A stretch of DNA of 64,000 nt, taken from the NCBI GenBank assembly GCA_034780895.1, contig JAUZTB010000087.1, forward strand, positions 23,882,424 to 23,946,423. Reading direction: 5' to 3'. This document shows, piece by piece, positions 52,111 to 64,000 of this stretch. The notes under the pieces were generated by a model. The model did not search any database. It had not been told where the DNA came from and saw only the letters and a list, made by a program, of their open reading frames with translations. Numbering within the stretch: the first letter of the stretch is position 1; every line of letters begins with the position of its first letter. The stretch comes from Rhynchobatus australiae. Lineage: Eukaryota. Both the position numbers and the translations under genes were made by a program.

Positions 52111-54449
52111 TGCAAGATGAAAAGTTAAACCTAGTGAACTCCTCCATAGTTCCTAGTGTTGTGTAGTTAAAGAAACACCCTGATTTGCCTTTCTTGGATG
52201 CAAGTGAGATAACCTCACACTTCCCCACATTGATTCTATCTCCCATTCACTTAAATTGCATGTAGCCTTTGGTAACTTCTGTCAAAGTAAATACTTACAA
52301 AAATTATAGTGCTTCCTAACCTAATCTGTGAATTTGAATTCTCAACTCACTTTTGTTTTTTCCAAGGCATTGATATCTATAATGAAATATAGCTGTTTCA
52401 GTCAGATAACAGCATTGTATAAAGCAAGAAGACATTTGTAAAGTGTAATTAGGAATGCAAAAAGATTTTGTTTCTTGTCAGGGCCTGATATAAATGGAAA
52501 AGAAAAAGATTTCTCATAATAGAAGAATACTGATGATTTTAAAATCAGCTGCACTATGAATTGTTGAGCTTGGAGAAATTGTTATGAAAATAATATCAAG
52601 AATGTAAAATTTCACAATTAATTTGTGTTTTCTATAGGCACAACTTGGGGAAGGGGTTGGTGATCTGCCAAAGCCACTTTGGTTTAAAGGAGGGTAAGTA
52701 TAATGTCAATGTTTAGTCTGTTGCAGAAAGTATTTTATTGAATGCTGAAACCTGTTGTGAAACACACAATGCATTTACATTAGTATTACAAATACTTGTG
52801 CTGCTCTATACCTTCAATTTTTAGCTCATTTAATAATGATTTTTACTAAACTGTTTAAATATACAAGTTATAGTACCTTGTGATACCAGCATAAAATGGG
52901 GCTTGTGGACTAGCCAGACTATATTGGAGCTACTAGATTTTAGAAATTATCATAGTTTCATTTTCACTTACTAATGGAAATTAAATGTCGATACATTGTC
53001 TACTGAACAGCCAATCTGCAATGACTCTTTAACATGACAGATTAAAAATTTACCCAATTATATTACTGGTATGGAGAGTTCTGTTGCAGATATTATTGTA
53101 AAAACCTTTGGAAAATTGCAAAGAAAATATAAACAATTTATTATCAAAATGAGAACTGTTTAATTTTCTTCCTGGAAAAATGCATCAATGGAATGCTGAG
53201 CAGTCTTTAAATTGTAATCTGTTATCATGTAATATAAAAGCTCGATTAGTCTAGTGGTTAACATGAATAGGAAAACTTAATTATCTGTAGCAGAAGGATC
53301 ATTTATACATATTACCCTGTTTCTTGTTTAGAAATAAGAATTAAAATTCACATTTTCTCCTCAGTTTTATCTATCNNNNNNNNNNNNNNNNNNNNNNNNN
53401 NNNNNNNNNNNNNNNNNNNNNNNNNNNNNNNNNNNNNNNNNNNNNNNNNNNNNNNNNNNNNNNNNNNNNNNNNNNTCCCAAGCCAGTGTATTGTTGATCA
53501 CAATCCAAACCAAGGACCAAGTGTTGATCACTGCCCCTTGTAGACAAGTTCAATCAAGGCAACAGGAGATTCTGTAAATGTTATCAGAGACCTCAGATCA
53601 GGGTGAAAAAGATCATTGTTAAAGTTCCTTTTCCTGATCATCTTCAAAAGCAATTGTTTGAAGGCTGTATGTGACTTAGCAGTGATTGTCTCTGCATCAA
53701 ACAGGCTGCCTGCTACTACTCACTGTGCAGAAACAGATCTGATAATGTGCACCACAGCAAAATGCCAAAAACTGGCAGTAAAGAAGGAACTGCACTTCAT
53801 TGTACATCACCAGCTTCTTAAGAGGTTGAGGTATAGTAATTTAAATCCTGCCATGTGGTTATTTATAGGCTTGCAAGAGAAAATAAAATGACCATGAATG
53901 GAGCTGGTTTGGTACAAAGATTTGATGGTGTCACCAATATACTCCAAGGAAGGGAATCTGGTGCTAATTCCTGATCTATTCTTCATACGATTATGGATGG
54001 TTGATTATAAATTCTGTTGAAAAGAGACGACAGGAGTGATCTGACATTAAAGGATAGAACAGAAGATATTTTCACTAGAGTGCAAGGGCTATAAAAGTAA
54101 GAATCAAAAAATATTCAAAGTGAGATTTCAGGAGGAACCTCTTTACCCAGAGTGACTTGAATGTAGAACTCTTTACTACAAGGACTAGTTGAGGTGACTA
54201 GGATAGATCCATACAAGCAAAAGCTAGTGAGGAGAAAACAAGGTATGTTGATGGGTTGAAATAAAGAGGGGTTAGAGAAGGCATAAACACTACAGTGAGA
54301 TTGTTGGGCTGATGTTCTAGTTCAGTGCTGTAATACTTTATCATATTTTGTAACAAATGACTGTCAGTGATCCTTCAAATAGGCAAAAAAATGTACTATT
54401 GGACTATAGAGTTCAAATTATACAAGTTAGACACTACACCAACAGTAAT

Positions 54450-55200
54450 TCCCACTTCCAATAACAAAGCAATTTTAAGGATCAAAAACAGCCCAAAGTA
54501 CATCATAAGAAAATTTTCAAACAAAAAAAGAAAGCCATGTACGAGATATTAGGACAAATCACCAGAAGTCACTTGGCTAGGTGACACGAAGGAAATGTAA
54601 TTAGCTTACTGAAGAGCAATTTGCTGTAAACATGAAAGATGTAGATTTAAAGGAGCATCATAGAAAGAAAGAACAATAGGGGAGGAGGGGAAGGGGGTTA
54701 CAAATGTTTTCTTAGGAGAATTTAAAACCTTAGAGCCTTGGTAGCTGAAGCCACAGCTGCAAGTGGTGGAGCAATCAGATTTAGAGATGCGCAAGAGTCC
54801 AGGTTTGAAGGAATTCAGATTTCTCAGAGGATTATAGTGCTGGAGGAGACAGCAGGGAAAGGAAGTGATGCAACATTGGAGGGACTTAATCACAAGAATC
54901 AGAGCAATGTTTAATCAGGATCCAGCAAGCACAGAGGGTGCGGAGTAAGCAGGACACAAGCAGCAGAGTTTTGGATGGCCTCAAGTTTATGGAGAATTGT
55001 ATGAGAGAGGTCGGCCAGGACTGCATTGAATAGTCGAGCCAGTCGGTGACAGCAATAGGTAAGCCGAGCCCATGGTTTCAGTATTAGGTAAGCCGAGGCA
55101 GGGGTGGAGGCGAAGACTTTAAAGAGGTGGACATCAGTGGTCCTAGTGTGGAACAGAAATGAGATCCAAAATGGAACTTGGGCCAAATGTGACAGCAAGG
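54450..55200 (-). mobile_element. L2-clade LINE 3' fragment
   Basis: minus-strand ORF 54911..55198 has FNAVLADL...KLEAIQNSAA, matching the L2 'LDY.N.LL.GLP...LQ.IQN.AAR' region. Confidence 0.75.
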
Positions 55201-56254
55201 ATATGAATTATCTGGTCCATCTTCATACAGTTGTTGGGGAGAAATGGAGATTGCGAATAGGGTTTGTGATTGTAATATGTGATTGGGACCTAAACTTGCA
55301 TTAATATTTTTATCTGCTTTCAATATTAAAATATTAAGGGTTGACAGCATTGAACACCCATTATAATGATGTTGCTTTCAAAATTTATCCCCATTGCCTT
55401 TAATGGAAATGAATTTTTGGGGTATAATGCTACTACAGAGTCACTACTATAGAAAATATTAACCACAGGAAACTGAGAACATATTTTAATTGTTTGAATC
55501 TTCAAGTCCCTATGCCTAGAACTTGATCCCTGGGTGGTAACTCTGGTACCATCAGCACATTCTACTCTGTCTCTGAAATGCAGTTCCAAGAGGAAGTGGA
55601 GTGGATTGTGATGTTGTTGCTGTACGCTATGTTTAGTGTTGTCCATAATTATTCATATCACCAAAGTAAAATGTGATGTGGATATGAGACCCTATTACTC
55701 TTACTATTAATCTTAGACTTGGGCTGATGTTCTAGTTCAGTGCTGTAATACTTTATCATATTTTGTCTAACTCATCAAGTCTAACTATTACTCTTAGACT
55801 TGAAACAAAGGTTTTCAAAGTCAGTCATTTCATAATTAAGGCAATTCAGAGTTTCTCTTTGCAGTTTTAAACTAACTCATCCAATTTTACAAACTGATAC
55901 TTGAACAATGCAAATCCTTTTAATGTACAACTCAGAAAGTTACATTAAGTAAAAGATCACGTGAAGTGACAAAGCAGAGCAATTTTAGGATATGACATTA
56001 ATTAGGGCTTTGTGTTAGCCACAGAGAAAATCAGAGGAAACTGAAGCAGGAAAAGAACTTAAAATTTGGGAGCCTCTTATTTTTAGCTGAAAGAAGCAGA
56101 AACACATTTTATTCAATTAACTCATGTTTGCTGTTGAATATTTGGGAAAAAGTTAACCAACAGAAAATACGTTGGGCATGGAATTTCCCAATGACCAAAT
56201 GCAGAATGAAAAGAATTTTCAGGACATACACGGTACTTTCCTGATAATTAAATT

Positions 56255-56578
56255 TTTTAAAAGTATGAACTGCAATTTATCAGCAAAAATCTCCCACAAA
56301 TAATGACTAAAATATCTGTTTAGTAATATTGAGTGAAGGGAAAATACTGGCCAGTGCAGCAGAGATAACTTATCCACTCTACTTCAGAATAGCCACATGG
56401 GATTTTCTAGCATCCACTATGAGAACAGATAGGGTCTCTGAAAGATGACATCTCAGCAGCTACACAATCTAGTACTCTACTGGACTGTCAGTTCCGATCT
56501 TTGTGCACATGTTTCTAGAATGAGACTTGAACTCAAACCTTTCTGACTCAGAGGCATGAGTGTGCATACTGAGCCATA
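56255..56578 (-). mobile_element. Ancient tRNA-derived SINE (SacSINE1/DeuSINE-like)
   Basis: gagacttgaactcaaacctttctgactcagaggc...actgagcca is the reverse complement of the SINE head. Confidence 0.55.
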
Positions 56579-59487
56579 TTAATCTTGATAAACTTCTACT
56601 TCTGAAATCAGTGTCATCTCATTAACATCATCACAGTCCTGCTGCCACAAAATAGGACCAACAATGCCTATGAGACTAATGTTGTTACATCTTTGTAATT
56701 GTTGGCAGGAAATTCTTTCAAATCTCATAAACTGTTAATTTTTTTGCAGTAGCAATTTTATAGCATATTATGAAACCAATTGTATTCTGACTTATGCCCC
56801 TTTTTTTGATATCTGCCAATCCAGGTACAAGCCATCTGAATTCTTTCATTAGATTCTACTTCGTGACTCATTCCCGGATAGTTTTTATACCCTTCCTGTG
56901 GTAACAAGTTCCATGCTCTTGCCACTTTTTGAATAAAGAGATCTCTCTGGATTCCCTGGCTGCTCCATTCCTCCAAGGGTCATTACTTACAATGAGGGCT
57001 CCATGGATGAAAGCAGCTTCTGATACTTTGTATTGATATATAACTCTAGAATATGAATGTTGTCAGGTCATTCAGTCAGAACATAGCTCAATCCTTTTCT
57101 CACCTGATCTATGTGCTGGCAGCATTCCTTGGTGATTAGAAACATCACACCAGACTTCACTTTCTTCAGACCTGACAACATTGAGGCCAGTTGACCAGCC
57201 ACCACCATCAAGCCAGCCAGCACCCACAATCCCAGTGTTAACCAGACCTCAAACCCACATCCTTCCCAGTATGGCTCAATATTACATAAATGCATCCAAT
57301 TAGCCTCACTGGGACATATGTACATCAACATGGTTTCTATTATTCTCTTTCCATTATTAGCNNNNNNNNNNATGGTATTTTCCAATGTCTGACATTGTTA
57401 ATTTTTTATTGCACCTTATACTGACAACAACTTTTGAGTGATAAAATACTGTTTCATAAGATAACAGACATGAAGGTGACTAGATACACAGCATTCTACA
57501 CTACATCGATCTTTTGCGTAAATTATGGCTCCATTTTTATATTGTTATAACTACAGTTAGCTGCATTGTTAGCAATTTATTGTACTGTTTCATTTATACT
57601 GGATGTGTTGATTGTGAAAGTGATGTATCTTAGAAAATCACTCAGAAGTTTACTTCAAGTTAAGTATGATGTTCAGTAATCTCTCAATTTTCATTATTCA
57701 CTTTCAAATGTATATCCATGTCGATTTCAAACTAGATTGAGAGAAAGCATTTTTCTTCACCTCCAGGAGCTGGGCTGAAGTCCAGCCTAGATAGAGATGT
57801 ATGTTTTCTTTCACTGCTGACTACAAATGGACTACAATGATTTTCCAGTTCCTAGACATGACCAACATGACAAAACCTGTTCACCACTAGGGAAAAATGA
57901 GAATTAAATTCACTGACTCACTAATAGAGGTCACAAGAATATGTGTGATTTCTGGCATAAGGGGGCTCTAAGGGTAAACCAGTACTCACCAGTTCAGTGC
58001 TTTCCTGTGTTCTGAATTGTGACTGAAAGAAAATAGGAATCTTCATCGTGGCACAGGAGGAAGTGGACTTCCAACATCGACATCAAGGCACTTAAGTCAT
58101 GAGATACAAGCCCAAGGTTAAATGTGATTCCAAATCAAAACCACTACTAAATGGGCTTGTTGTTGTCTGTACTTATTTCAGGAGGAGAGTACGCCTTGAG
58201 TTGAGACTTGCGACTTTAGAGTACAGGGCACATCACTGACCTTGAACTAAATCAGGAGTTCTTGCTGGGAGCACTAATGAATAGCGAAAACTGTTCCAGC
58301 TCAAGCAATGGAATAGCTCATTTTGTGGAATGCTAGAAAAACTCAAAAATATAAATTTTAAATTTGTAACAATCATCAAATACAGTCTTGTTTTAAATCT
58401 ACCCTCCAGTCCCTCTTGATTTTTAATAATTCTGAATCTAAAGTATATCATGAGAAATTATGCCCCTCAAATGCTGTGCATTATGTGTATACCAGTAATG
58501 AAATCCAACAATAAACCAAAGAGCAGCAGTCATATAATCATGCAAAAAAATTATAACTCAAACATGTAAGAGGAGAATGGTGGGATACACTTTTTCTTGT
58601 CCCTCACACAGTTCTCCACACATGGAAATACCTCACTAATCCCAGAGGCTATATTCNNNNNNNNNNNNNNNNNNNNNNNNNNNNNNNNNNNNNNNNNNNN
58701 NNNNNNNNNNNNNNNNNNNNNNNNNNNNNNNNNNNNNNNNNNNNNNNNNNNNNNNNNNNNNNNNNNNNNNNNNNNNNNNNNNNNNNNNNNNNNNNNNNNN
58801 NNNNNNNNNNNNNNNNNNNNNNNNNNNNNNNNNNNNNNNNNNNNNNNNNNNNNNNNNNNNNNNNNNNNNNNNNNNNNNNNNNNNNNNNNNNNNNNNNNNN
58901 NNNNNNNNNNNNNNNNNNNNNNNNNNNNNNNNNNNNNNNNNNNNNNNNNNNNNNNNNNNNNNNNNNNNNNNNNNNNNNNNNNNNNNCCATCTGATTGAGT
59001 AAACTGTTTACCATTGTGTAGTTCCTCGGAATTTTCAAAGCTTCAATTTCAACTATCCCAGTTTCGTTACTCTTTTTGTCATTATTTTAAGATCTAGTGC
59101 TGCACATCTAAGATAACTACTGTACCCTATTCAGGTCATTCCTTCCCCCCTTATCACCACTGACTGAATTACAGGGAAGGAAATAGCCCGTTTCTACATT
59201 TCCATCAATTCAGTCTGAAGCAACAGGAACGCCATGAAAATGAAACTGACTAACACTCCCTTGCCCTTTCCTTGCCTTAAAATGCCTCACCCGAAGGGAC
59301 TGACTGATTTCAGGAGCACATCTGTTGAGAAAACTAGGGAAAAATTCACATTTCCTAGTTCTGTGGCACTTATTATTGCCTTGTGTGCTGGGTCTTCACA
59401 TTTAAGTTTTGAGATTTCAGGCTTGACAGCTGGTTCTTTTACGTGAATCTACACTTGCTTATACATAACTCTTCTCGCTGTTCTCAG

Positions 59488-59564
59488 GAAGAAAAAGAAA
59501 TGCATTCGGTACATGCAAGGAGAAGCCAGGTGCACCAGCCCAGTTTCTTCAGATGGAAGTGTGA
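59488..59564 (+). CDS. TCF7: TCF7 last exon, alternative B-tail frame (used when the C-clamp exon is skipped)
   Basis: phase-1 entry from exon 45518-45566 gives (G)RKRNAFGTCKEKPGAPAQFLQMEV*, resembling the B/M tails of TCF7, LEF1 and TCF7L2. Confidence 0.8.
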
Positions 59565-59797
59565 TGGACAGTCCTTCCTCTCCTCCTAATGCACTCCAGC
59601 CTTCAGAAGAAACTTCAGCCAAGCTTGCTAATTCTGCAGACTTAGCACAACAAACGCAGCCAAACCCAGTCCCTTACTCTGATCAACCCCAGCCTACCAC
59701 AGATCTCACTGGACTTTCTATACCCTCTACGTCGGATTCTCAACAATATTGTAGTACTTTACTCAACATCCCTCGCCAGCATACGATGCCAAGATAA
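59488..59797 (+). CDS. TCF7: TCF7 last coding exon, E-tail frame (completes the C-clamp)
   Basis: ttctcag|G; phase-2 entry gives (R)KKKKCIRYMQGEARCTSPVSSDGSVMDSPSSPPNAL...QHTMPR* with stop ending at 59797 (ORF track 59513..59797). Confidence 0.92.
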
Positions 59798-62700
59798 TGG
59801 CCAACTTGTACCGTGATCACTGATTAACTAGTAATATCCTAATGCATGAATATGGAGATTCCACAATGTCTTTGGCCAGGCCCAACCAGTGTAGTGCACA
59901 TTCAAAGAACAAGTGCTTCTAACTTGTACTTAAACTTTGGCATGCTCTCAGGACACAAAACAAAACCTGATTCTACTCTTTCAAGACTTTCCAGTGTGTA
60001 GCATTGAATGATTCATTGTCATTTCATGTGTTCCCAGCAGTATTTGTTTTGACTATACATACTTGATGGAATTCAAAAATTCACATATACAGTCAGTTTT
60101 CTTATGGTCTTTCATCCACCGAAACCAGGCTCTGTACATACAGTATTTGTGTTTGCCAGTATATCAGTATATCTTCCTCATTCACACAATTATAAGTTAG
60201 AATAAGTTGTCTCTTCCTCAACATTAAGTAATGGAGGCAGTTCTGATTTGGAATTTATGAGTTTATTCCAATTTTGGATAGTTTACAAACAAAATTTCTA
60301 AGGCTCCTGATTTATTGTTATTTTCAGCATCAAATCAGAATAGAAGAGTTCAGCTATATATTATTACTTAATATAAATGCAGTGGTCCATAAATTGTAAT
60401 GTATTACATTTGACTTGTTTAGGGAATATTTCTCTGTATAAAAAGGGCCTATTGATTGATAACCATTATGAAATTTTAAACATTGAAAGCGACACCTCCA
60501 GATGTTGGCTGGTTAGCTTTTTGACCCCACACCTCAACTATCCTCTGCACGTGCTTTCGATATGCCTGTTTCTCTCAGAAAATGTCACTTTTGATCAAGG
60601 CAACAGAAAAACAACATGCTTTCAATATTACAGTGGAAGAGATTGCATCTCATTTTTCCTCCTCCATCCCTCCTCCAAGATATCCATGGGTTAGAGGTAG
60701 AAAAAATTCAATCTGTACAGATTTATACACCCTGATTTATTTAAAATTCATTGTATTTTAATGTACAATATTGAAATTTGATACAATTTTTGGACCTATG
60801 TTTTTTAACATTAATTTTTAAAGTGTAATTGAGTCACATAGTGGACAGATAACAATAGCTTTTTGAGCACAAAGTTGCCACAGCTAAGTACTGGCCTTTC
60901 AAACTATAAGCAACTATTGTGTGGCAACATGAAAAATCCATAAGGGATGGAGCTGGAATTTTGAAATAGGAGTGAGATTGGAAGGAAGATTCATAATTTC
61001 AGACAAGCCAGTTTGATACCCATGATAAATAATTCAGGCAAAATTTTCAGCAGAATAGCCTCATACTCAGGCTCCCTACTCCACCCTTCTAGGTGAAATT
61101 CACACATTTAGGCATGAAAAGCTACATCTTATTTTCAAATGCACATATTTCAAAAAGTAGCATAATAATTTGCATTCCATGCTTGCTCGCATAAGACTCA
61201 AAGCAGCCAAGTATTTGTTCTCCTTAACCCCTGTCTCCTCTAAACCCATTTGGTACAAATGCACTCTCCACTACTTATTTTCAGGCTGAAATGACCAGAT
61301 GGGGAAGTGGAAGATTACATTATCAACAGTGGGAACAGTGATAAATCTCTTTGGGGCAACCAATTTGCCCTTGTTTGTGACTACTGGGCTTGGAAGAATC
61401 TCATACTTTGAAAGTCTCCCAGATGTCAGCAGTTATGAGATTCACACCAGTGTTGGACACATGAGACATAAGTAAATCAAACTAAATGTTACTGATGTCA
61501 AACAAGACTGTGAGATGAAGTTCTAATGGAACAGATAGTGTAGAGACTAGATCAATATCTTCTCAAATTTCTGTCTGGATTTGAACGTAACAGAAACCAA
61601 TGAGTTGAAAAACTCCCCCTCTCACAGCCACGCAATCCCATGGGGATTGAGTCTGGGAAAGTCTCCTTCCATTGGTAAAAACTCCAGATTTGACAGGTTC
61701 ACAATTTAATATCAAACTAAGAGTTTAAATCAGAAAGCCGTAAGATAGTCTACTGTAGAATTTGGAAGTGTGCACTACCTCACAAGGATTGCATTCTTGG
61801 AAGTAGGGCAAAGACACATCATTGGAAGGATAAAGGAAAGCTTTATCCTACATCCTCTACCTGACACAGGGTGTGGACAGTAAAATAAAAGGTTTCATTT
61901 TTCAGCATTGATCACCCATACCTAGTGAGCATAAAAACAAAGTAATGACTGAATTCCTCAACCGCAGTGGAATATATAATCAAATGAAGTACTATCTGTG
62001 GCAGCTGCTAGTTCTCATTTAATGTAGCAGGTTTTATGCAAGAGCTACAGATTTGGATCCAAACCCGACATTTGTGCATCTCCTTCCCCCTCTCCTTCCA
62101 TATGTTGAAATTTCTATGTTACTAGTTTGAAGAGATAAATGAATCAATAAAGATATTTTTTTGTCTGAGGTATAGCACCTGAAAACATTTATTTTAAATG
62201 GTAATATTTGCTTTCTATGTGAATTACATTGGTTGATGGGTCTTTTCATTGCTATTATAAGTCTGCTATCCAGGCAGTAAAAAAATTAGCATTTATACTG
62301 TCAAACAGATAAATGAGGTCAATATTTGACTTGGATGTACCTTTATGAACCCCTGAAATGGTCAAACAATCACTTAGTTTTGTGGTTATTACTTAATTTT
62401 CTTGCCTATTTGTATAAAAAGATTGAGAGAAAAAAAACAAAAAAATATATAAATATAAGNNNNNNNNNNNNNNNNNNNNNNNNNNNNNNNNNNNNNNNNN
62501 NNNNNNNNNNNNNNNNNNNNNNNNNNNNNNNNNNNNNNNNNNNNNNNNNNNNNNNNNNNTAAATATAAGACGATGCTTCTGCTTTTCTGTGTGTGTATTT
62601 CAGGCTGATGTAATATTTTTATGAGTTATATTTTTAGGGAACTAAAAAGAAAAGTAGAAATAGACAAGGATTTTATAATAGCTATATTATTTAGTATTTT

Positions 62701-62946
62701 CCACTAAGTTTCATCTTCCATGACAAGAAATCAAAAAATGTCAGCCGTTTCTTCTTCCTTCACACAAGACCTGTTTGCATTTTTGTAGAAAACAGCTTTC
62801 AAAGATGTAGCTGTCTCATACCCTTCAACAATTACAGTCCCAGCAAAGTGCCAGTAACATATAGGCAACATTCATGTTGATAGAAAACCAAAAATTTTAA
62901 GTAAATGGAAGGGATCAAATTATTGAAAACTTGTACTATTTGTTGA

Positions 62947-62957
62947 AATAAAATAAA
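62947..62957 (+). terminator. Candidate polyadenylation signal for TCF7 (about 3.2 kb 3' UTR)
   Basis: overlapping AATAAAATAAA followed by T/GT-rich sequence after a long AT-rich, repeat-poor stretch; other AATAAA hexamers occur upstream, so the true site is uncertain. Confidence 0.4.
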
Positions 62958-63909
62958 AAAAGGTATTTTGATTGAACTAAAATGTGCAGCATGGATTGAT
63001 ATGTTGTTTTATTTCTGCACTTCATTTCTTTACATATTTCTCATCTTTGTCAAATGTCTTTTGGAAAATGTTTGAAGAGAATTAATAATTCCCCCAGGCT
63101 TACAAAGTGTGATGTGGCTCTGCCAATTCACAGAAAGTAGCTCCAAAACCAGGCTTTTGAATCCAAGTATTGTTTATTTTGTATTTTATGCTGCAGCTCC
63201 TTCCCTTTAAAATCCCACTTCTCTCCAACTCCCGCCAACAGTAATTTTCCTCACATCCTGATTTCTTTCTGCACGTTCTGACATGTGCTGCATCAGTGTG
63301 ATTGACACTGAGCAACCCTCTGAAATGATCAAGGAAGCCACTCTGTTCAAGACCAATTAGAATGAACAGTACACGTCAGCCTTGCAGGGATGTTGAATTC
63401 TGGGAATGAATAAATAAAGTTTTATGCCAGCAGTGGAAAATGATGATTGCTGTCTGTAACTATCATTAAATGTTACAGACATTTAAATATATATGACATT
63501 TAATGTCATGCCCAGTACCTTTCATGGGTTAAAACTGCACCAGATCAAGATAATTAGGGAGAGAAGAAGATGCTACTAAAAATGGCTGGGAAATGCTGTA
63601 ATTATAAATTACATTTAAAATCATCTCAGGCTTGCACCTCAAAATTTCCAACCATTTCCAGTATTGAGAAAGCTCAGGGTTTGAATTCAATGTTTATCTT
63701 TCCATGCTGAGCTAATCAGTGGTTAACTATTAATGATTTCTATACTGTAATAGTAAAATGAAGATCAGCAGCTTTTTGAGCACAAAAAATAATCGGGATA
63801 CTGAGACATGGTGGGATAGTGTTCATTGATGGATTGGAAAGACTACGTGGATTGCTCCTGCTATCACTTCTTCGTTCGATAAAATATACATCAATCAACT
63901 TGTACACAG

Positions 63910-64000
63910 CTTCTTTCTGACAATTTGGCAGGGAAATACATGGTGCACCTGGATTGGAGTGGAGGTTGATAGGTTCTTGATTAGTAAGGGCAAAGGTTAC
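63910..64000 (+). mobile_element. CR1-like 3' fragment at the window edge
   Basis: ggaggttgataggttcttgattagtaagggc is a typical CR1 ORF2 end; left boundary uncertain. Confidence 0.5.

Overview
AT-rich vertebrate genomic DNA from a gapped draft assembly. The repeat content (V-SINE/HE1-like SINEs, CR1/L2/RTE LINE fragments, Penelope-type palindromic repeats) suggests a cartilaginous fish, which is an inference. The window holds the 3' two-thirds of one + strand TCF/LEF-family gene, best assigned to TCF7. I traced eight coding exons by hand (16693-59797) with canonical AG/GT boundaries and consistent phases, covering the central domain, HMG box, basic tail, CRARF C-clamp and a dual-frame last exon. 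The 5' beta-catenin-binding exons were not found and probably lie upstream. The most notable observation is a second 73-nt C-clamp-type exon (49441-49513) resembling the TCF7L2 'CRALF' exon. Its C-clamp frame is broken by a stop codon, but its alternative 'S-tail' frame (CKHHNDVSPIVRA*) and its splice signals are preserved. Other findings are four copies of a TGTCA...TGACA LTR-like repeat (two share one target-site duplication across 2.1 kb), palindromic repeats with eroded hammerhead-like cores, a 48-bp templated insertion, and a 35-bp minisatellite bracketed by (TG)n tracts. Comparisons with human TCF/LEF sequences are from memory and need alignment. Most ORFs in the supplied track are spurious.
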